Of a DNA stretch of 64,000 nt, positions 55,136 to 64,000 are shown piece by piece. The notes under the pieces were generated by a model that did not search any database, had not been told where the DNA came from, and saw nothing but the letters and a program-made list of their open reading frames with translations. The stretch lies in contig JAAOMT010000675.1 in the NCBI GenBank assembly GCA_016748015.1, positions 434,001-498,000 of the forward strand, written 5' to 3'. This stretch comes from Geosiphon pyriformis uo1 (lineage: Eukaryota; Fungi; Glomeromycota). A program made the position numbers and the translations under genes. Position 1 is the first letter of the stretch, and each line of letters starts with the position of its first letter.

Positions 55136-56167
55136 GCTTTAACAAAAGTCTCTCTAGTGACAAAAATTCAATTTGGTTTTTCTTTTGGTATTTACTAAAC
55201 TAAAGCGTTTCTTGACTGTTCATGCGGCTTTACGGGCTGGACCTTGAACAAATGATAAATGTATATATTTATATATTTAAGAATGCTTCAATTTTACCTG
55301 AAAGAGAGAGATTACTTGAATTCAGTCAATTGAATTCTGACAAAAGGCTGCTAAACAATGGTTATGGCGCATGATTTGAAAATCCAAAGAAAGATGGTTT
55401 CAAAACAATCGGAATTGGGAAATAAATAGAGATTATCATAAAGGTAAAAGGGGATATTTTTGGCAAATGGGGTATTGTGGGCGAATAAAATATTGCAGCA
55501 AAGTTAGCAAAATAAATTCCCATGGGAGAATAAGACGCATGAAAGTATGGCATTTTTCTCACTTGAACAAAATGTCATTTTTTATATTGTTTTATCACAA
55601 TTATTACCTCCCCCTTTTTACTTTACAATCTTGCATTTAAGTTCTGCATAATTCTATTAAAAAAAATTTTTGAGTTTCAGTGTAATTTAAAACATTCTAA
55701 AATTGAAATCACAAATGGTTAACAAGTGGTCAAAACCGTTCACACTTTTTCAGATCAGAAACAAGTTGAAAACTACAATTAAAATAATTTTCTTTTTAAA
55801 AAATGATGGTGAAACTAAAACTAATAATAAAATGAGTTTTAAATTAACAATATTTTGTTGGTAAAATTCCAAAGAAAAAAAAAACATGTTTAAAATATTA
55901 GTTTTAAGTTATTACATTTTTAAAAATTTTTATTCCTTATAATTATATGTATTTTTAATTTACATTAAACATTGTAAGTGATTTTAATTTTTTAATTTTT
56001 TGGTGTTTAAAAAAAATAAAGTCAAAATTTTTAATATTTTAATTATTATTAAATTTTTTTAAAAATTATTAAAAAGTAATAATAATAATAATAATAATAA
56101 TTTAATTAATGAAAAAAATTTTTTTTTTGCTAATAAAAATTGTTAAAAATTAATATTTATAATTAAT

Positions 56168-56210
<43 letters not shown>

Positions 56211-56677
56211 TAATATTTTGTTTCAATTAAAAAAAAACTTTTTTTAGTTTAAAAAAAAATTTGTTTAAATAATTGTAATTTTATATAATATTTATTTTTA
56301 TTAATTTAATTAATATATTTTGCTCATTCACATTTATTAATAAATAATTATTTGATTTGTGTTTATTTATTAAATAGAAGTAACCAGGGCATTTTTTTTC
56401 TCAAATTTCAATTATAATTTTAACAAAATATTAAGTTTAAAATACATTCCTTTGATCCAAGAATTCTTCAATTTCAACATTTTTAGAAAGGACACTTCAA
56501 TTAATATATATATATATATTTCACGATAATCAACATGCGATCAATCCTAATCTAATAAATACAATGACTTTTTAGATTAAACATATGATTTCTTCTCACA
56601 CTTTTCAAGACTTCCTTGAACTTCTTGTTAGACGAAATATCATATCATTATTATTTTTTCTTTAAAATTCATAAAAA

Positions 56678-57875
56678 ATGGTTAAAGCAGTGGTTCTTGG
56701 TGCAGCTGGTGGTATTGGTCAACCTCTTTCGCTTCTTCTTAAGCTCAACGAAACTATCACAGAACTTGCTTTATACGATATCGTCAATAGTCCTGGGGTT
56801 GCTGCTGACTTGAGCCATATTAATACGCCGGCTAAAGTCACTGGATATTTACCGCCTAACGATGGTTTGAAGAATGCCTTGTCAGGTGCTCACATAATTG
56901 TTATTCCTGCTGGTGTGCCGAGAAAACCTGGAATGACCAGAGATGATTTATTCAAAGTTAGTAATTTTTAAATCAAATAAAACCGCGCTGATGGCTAATC
57001 ATTTTTCATGGATAACAAAGATTAACGCTGGAATCGTCCGAGATCTGGCTATTGGGATCTCTCGATTCGCCCCTAAAGCTTTTGTGCTTGTCATCTCTAA
57101 TCCAGTTAACTCCACCGTGCCAATTGTCGCTGAGATTTTTAAGAAACATGGAGTATTCGACCCGAAAAGGTTGTTTGGCGTGACGACCTTAGATGTTGTG
57201 CGTGCATCCGCTTTTTCTAGTGAAATTTCCGGAAGTGACCCACGTGATGTTCGCGTTCCAGTGGTTGGTGGACATAGTGGTGTAACCATTATACCTCTAC
57301 TATCCAAAATCACTCCAGCCCATTCATTTTCACAAGAACAGATTGAAGCTCTGACGAATAGAATTCAATACGGTAACTAGCTATTGGATTTTTACAAAGA
57401 TTAAAATATTTAGATCAATATTTCCTCCTTTATCATAGGTGGGGATGAAGTTGTCAAGGCTAAAGATGGGGCAGGCTCTGCTACTCTTTCAATGGCGCAT
57501 GCTGGTGCACGTTTTGCTGAATCCATCTTGAATGCTACAGTAAAAGGACAAGCCAATATCGTCGAGCCTTCTTATGTTCATCTTGATGCCGATCAGGAAA
57601 ATGGTGACAAGATTAGAGAGTTGGTAGAACACTTGGATTATTTTTCATCAAATATTGAATTAGGGGTAAAACTTCAAATTTATTTTGGAATATTTGCGCG
57701 AATTCTATCATTTAATAAAAATTTAAATTTATTCAAGGTTGATGGAGTTCGTAAGATTTATGACTTGAAAGACTTATCACAATTTGAAGAAAATCTTATC
57801 AAAGCTGCCATTCCTGAACTTCGCAGCAATATTAACAAAGGTGTTTCTTTCACTAAGGATTCCGCAAAGCTGTAA
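56678..57875 (+). CDS. mdh: NAD-dependent malate dehydrogenase with C-terminal PTS1 (-AKL)
   Basis: [37 protein letters not shown]; introns 56957-57020, 57373-57438, 57666-57737; ends DSAKL*. Confidence 0.95.
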
Positions 57876-58547
57876 AGTATTTTCATCATCTAACCATATT
57901 TAGAACCTCAATTATCCTCGCATTATTATTGGCAAGTCGGAAAGCTTTTCCAATATTACGAAAAATGATGATAATCCCACCTATTTACCTTTTTTCTTTT
58001 ATGCAACGCAAATTTGTTTTGCAGAGCATAGTACCAAACAATATTAATAGGAGAAAGCAATACTTTTATCCACTGCAAGATTTTCAATCTATCAAACAAA
58101 AGAAGGTTTAATAACGAGGTAAAAATAAAAAGAACCTTTCAAGACGAGGCGATTTTTTCAAAGATCAAAATTTGTTTATAAAAATCCGAAAAGAAAATCA
58201 TGAATGTCGAATAACAAAACAAGGTGCTTCCGCATAATAAACATTAATTCATTTAATTATGATTATTTTGTCCAAGTTCAAAATGTGAGTCAAGGGAACG
58301 GGCTATTGAAAAATAGTGCTCTGATGTAAAACAGATATAGTTGAAAAGACATTAAATGCGAGATAAACCTGGGAAACCAATAAAAGCCTTTTTATTCAAG
58401 AAATTAGTGTCAACCTTGAAATTTCATTCAAGTGGCAAATCATTCATCTACTCGGAGTTTATAATACCTATCTCCAGGTGGATTCTGACATATCAATAAT
58501 AGGTAATACCAAGCATTGGTATGTAATCCCTGTTATTTCCTGCATGG

Positions 58548-59480
58548 TCACTGCAGGCCCAAGGCTCCATAAAGCAATCACCGGAGGAATAATACCATTT
58601 TCATCTCTATCTATCACAATCCCAGCAGTTGTACATTTTAAACCTCCGATTCTTTGAATGTCCCCACATTGACTACAAATCTTGGATGTGTAAGCTTCGT
58701 TCTAGATAATTACACGAACCCCCAATTCCTCGGCCTTGCCGATCAGGCATTGTCAAAAGAGATAATACACTCAATAAAGTATTTTCAGGTCAGTGTTTCG
58801 TGTAATCTTTCTTGTCTTGCAATTCATCATGTTCGACACTTCAAAAGAAGAAATGACAATGGCATCGAATTCGCGAGTAAATAATCTAACTGATTTCACT
58901 TTGCAGACGTATAAAGTTTTGTCCTATCCGAAAAATTGCCTTATCGAGTCGCGAGGCCATTCTATTCTTACGTTTTAAGGAGGATGCTAATAACTTATCC
59001 TTTTTGCAGATGAGATCCTCCAAGTGAACTACACGTCTAATAGAATGTTCGCCAATATTGCCTACACTTTTTCTAGGATAATACCATGTAAAATGTGCAC
59101 GGACACCAGATCAATAGAGATTGCATGAACAGATCCATCCGCTTGGGTTTTGCAGAGCTGTTTTCCCATCTCGTTTACCCAGGCAAACGTCCATTCATTG
59201 TAATATTACGTGAGCTTGCCATCTGACATTATCATGTGAGGAACGGGCCACCTATTATTATGCCTCTTTTTTTCAAAATGAAGGACTGCAAACTATATTT
59301 AGAATGGTGGTAGGCTTATAAAGATTTGTAGGAAGCATCGATGCATTATGAAGATGAGTGACATAGAAATGGTTCCATGTAGATTCATTGTATGTCAAAG
59401 AACTTTCGAGATCGAAATGATAGAATGTGCTGATAAGACCTTGCCAATTTGCATTACGCTTAATTACTTATTCCCTAGAA
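58548..59480 (-). pseudogene. tnpB: Fanzor2/TnpB RuvC nuclease remnant
   Basis: RuvC-I ID(P)GVR, NEAYTSK followed by a CxxC zinc finger, RuvC-III DRDENG; stops and frameshifts. Confidence 0.88.
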
Positions 59481-59559
59481 ATCGATTATTTTGCAGGCAT
59501 ACCCTGAAGCAACATTCCGAGACAAACAACAGTTCCCATGAACTCACACTCGCCCCATA

Positions 59560-59770
59560 TTGGGAAAAGATATATGAGAAGGCAAATCGGCAAGTCTATC
59601 ACGGTGGGTGACCACGATTTCCGAGACTATTCCCTGGCTTTTTCGTTTCAATAGTCTCAAGTCCCGACCGATATCGCGGAGTTCATAGGTTGAAAATCGA
59701 GAAAGGGTTGCTTTTGTCGCTCGAGATCCTTTGCACTAGAGACACGGGCGTAGCGGTCGCGGTGATAGTG
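59560..59770 (-). pseudogene. tnpA: IS607-family serine recombinase (TnpA) remnant
   Basis: YARVSS catalytic-serine motif and RDRLA motif in the correct order, with frameshifts and deletions. Confidence 0.85.
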
Positions 59771-60136
59771 ATATCAGCAATTAACCCATTACTAAGCAAC
59801 TGATTAGTATTGATATTAAATAAATCTTTTTCATCGGGCACGCGCAGTTATGAAGCTACCGATCATTTTCCAATTGAGTGAAAGCAAATGCGGTTGAATT
59901 CGTTTTCGTGGGTAAAACACCTATCGGGTTCTCCTTTTATAGTTTCTTTATCAAGGCCTGTTTTTTCTTTTGGCTTCACTGTAAGCTTCTGGTGTTTTTT
60001 TTCGGTTATTTTGAGCTGCTTTCTCAATGTCCTCTATTTTACTCTTTGTTAGTCGAAAACTACCATTTACTCGACGAGTTTTGCCAATTCATTGTTTTCT
60101 CGGTTGTTTCACATAAAATGTACTCGAAATATAACA

Positions 60137-61344
60137 ATGTCTGAACAAATACAATTTCAAGAAAGTAAAACAGATGTTAACCTAACAGCTGCATCAACCG
60201 GAGAGGAAGTGGTCTTAGATAAATTACAAGAATCAGGGTCGACAATGCCTGTTTTAAAATTTCCCATTACCCCTATAGAAGAATTAAAAGACCGCCCTTT
60301 TCCCAAAACTGCAGCCTGTTTGGTGATTGGGGATGAAATTTTGAATGGGAAGACAGTTGATACGAATTCGGGATTTTTTGGTAAGTCGTTTTTTGAAGAT
60401 CCAGGTTTCCTAGCTGAATTCCTGATCGGGCATATCCCTAACTTTGATTTACCAAAGCAAAGTTTTGTTTCAATCTGGGCATCGATATGAAAAGGATAGA
60501 AGTGATTCCAGATGAGGAAGATGTAATCCAATTTATTTTGTATGAATGGTTATGAACGCGCTATAAGTATTCCAACTCTTAAGCCTTTGTTGATTTATAG
60601 GCTATAATTGAAGCTGTAAGAAGGTTAAGCAAAAACTTTGATTTTGTGGTTACTAGTGGAGGGATAGGTAAGAACGTAATCGTATCCGTTATTTTGTACA
60701 AGTTTATCCTATTAAGCTCACGATTTCTTCTGGAACTAATAGGCCCTACTCATGATGATATTACTTATCCTGCTATTGCGCGTGCATTTAATCTCGAATT
60801 AGAATATCATGAGCAAACGATGGAACGTATGGCTGAGTCAATGAAGAATCTCCTTTTTCTAAAAAAAGAACCGAATCACGAAATAATCACAGCACGCAAA
60901 CGCATGGCGCTCTTACCATCGACATCATTAGTCGTGTATCCAAACGAAACGATATGGGTTCCGATTGTCATAGTTAATGATAATGTTCATATCTTGCCGG
61001 GAGTCCCTTCATTATTCCGTGGTCTCTTGTCTGAATTTGGCAAATATCATTCACAGAAAGGGGAGAAATTTGTTAGGATATTTGTCAGAACTAATCAACC
61101 AGAGTCATTCATTGCACCCGTATTGACTAAGGTGCAAAATAAAGTGGCTGACCTTGGTGTCAAGGTTGGAAGTTATCCAAAATGGACAACAGATGGGAAA
61201 AGATGGGTGATGGTTAGCTTTTTAGCAAGGGAAACAAGGAAAGATGTCTTAGAAGAATTAGCTAAAGAAGTTGCGGCGCAGACCAATGGGTACATTACTG
61301 AAAACCCAGATGATGAAATGAAATCAAAAAATGGGAAATTTTAA
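60137..61344 (+). CDS. Molybdopterin-binding (CinA/MoCF) domain protein, similar to the yeast FPY1-type FAD diphosphatase family
   Basis: [45 protein letters not shown]; introns 60381-60457, 60523-60600, 60668-60742. Confidence 0.9.
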
Positions 61345-61687
61345 CGAGTAATATTATTAATGTATTGAGGATTTAGTAAGCTACACTAAGCCATAAATGG
61401 TAAACAAATTTGGCCAAATCGAAGAATTACCCCCACATGAAAACAATGGTTGAAACGATGTTGACATCAATTGAAAATCCTGTATAAATCCTGTATAAAT
61501 CCTTCAAATACCACAAGTTCTTTTTTTCTCCTTATCACATTTACCCTTGCTTTCTTTGAACAGATTTCTATGAATGGAAAACTGGAGTAAAATTTATAAA
61601 ACTCCGAATATAATTTAAGACTAGACGATTGTAGAAAAAGAACCTTTATTTAAAGGCATTTTTTTATTTTAAAGACTTTATTAAAGC

Positions 61688-63686
<1,999 letters not shown>

Positions 63687-64000
63687 TATCATGATTAACT
63701 TCATTTGGTTTTGAGTTACACTTTTAGTTAACAATATTTAAATTAAGGTATTAATGGGGGTATTAAATCTTGCATGAAAACATCATAATGTACTATTAGC
63801 GTCGTAATGCATTCAATTTGATCAGAAGTCGAAACATATTATCAATTATTACCTAATAAATTAAAATTCAGTTTCTCACAAGTTTATGCATTAAATGTTC
63901 ATAACCAAATATTTAAGTGATAACTTTATATTTGCTTGTTTTGGTATAAATGTTTTTTTCCCTCCCAAAAAAAAAGACGCGACATTTAAAATTGGATAAC

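Larger units (their letters stand above)
58481..59780 (-). mobile_element. Decayed IS607-type element copy 2: serine recombinase tnpA, Fanzor2/TnpB and right end; left end approximate
   Basis: Manual minus-strand translation: YARVSS (59735-59752), DLERQ, DIG, EIVVTHRDRLA (59589-59621); then AISID (~59110), FTWY, RLDKAI, EFDAIVISSFEVSNM, KAEELG, NEAYTSKICSQCG, GIVIDRDENG (~58594-58623). Confidence 0.9.

Noticed and set aside
55880-56370. AT-rich tract with (AAT)n between hexosaminidase copy 1 and mdh as a centromere or origin
   Set aside because: Only composition supports it, and similar tracts occur elsewhere in the window.
58654-59611. Plus-strand ORFs 58654-58884, 58793-58978 and 59348-59611 as genes
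   Set aside because: They are antisense shadows of the decayed tnpA/Fanzor frames and carry no motifs.

Overview
Eukaryotic fungal DNA with short spliceosomal introns. The gene and TE families suggest Glomeromycotina, possibly Geosiphon-like; this is inferred from recollection, not from a search. The window has two compartments. Positions ~1-37.3 kb are a TE graveyard: a partial dUTPase-bearing Ty3/Gypsy element, an N-gap, a full-length decayed Gypsy (two LTRs, PBS, PPT, 4-bp TSD) nested in an oppositely oriented relative, a full-length decayed LINE (APE-RT-RNase H), an ORF1-only element sharing the LINE's 3' tail, and extremely AT-rich deserts. Positions ~37.3-64 kb are CpG-retaining and gene-rich: a Sel1-repeat protein, a DOMON-cytochrome b561 gene, a b561-only paralog, a tail-to-tail pair of unknown membrane proteins, an F-box protein, two inverted GH20 hexosaminidases, a PTS1-bearing malate dehydrogenase and a CinA/MoCF-domain protein. 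The main find is largely missed by the ORF track: two decayed copies of an IS607-type element encoding a Fanzor2/TnpB RNA-guided nuclease (~36.75-37.50 kb on +, ~58.48-59.78 kb on -). The second copy still shows the serine-recombinase tnpA. The two copies share a conserved non-coding 3' block, a candidate omegaRNA scaffold and right end.
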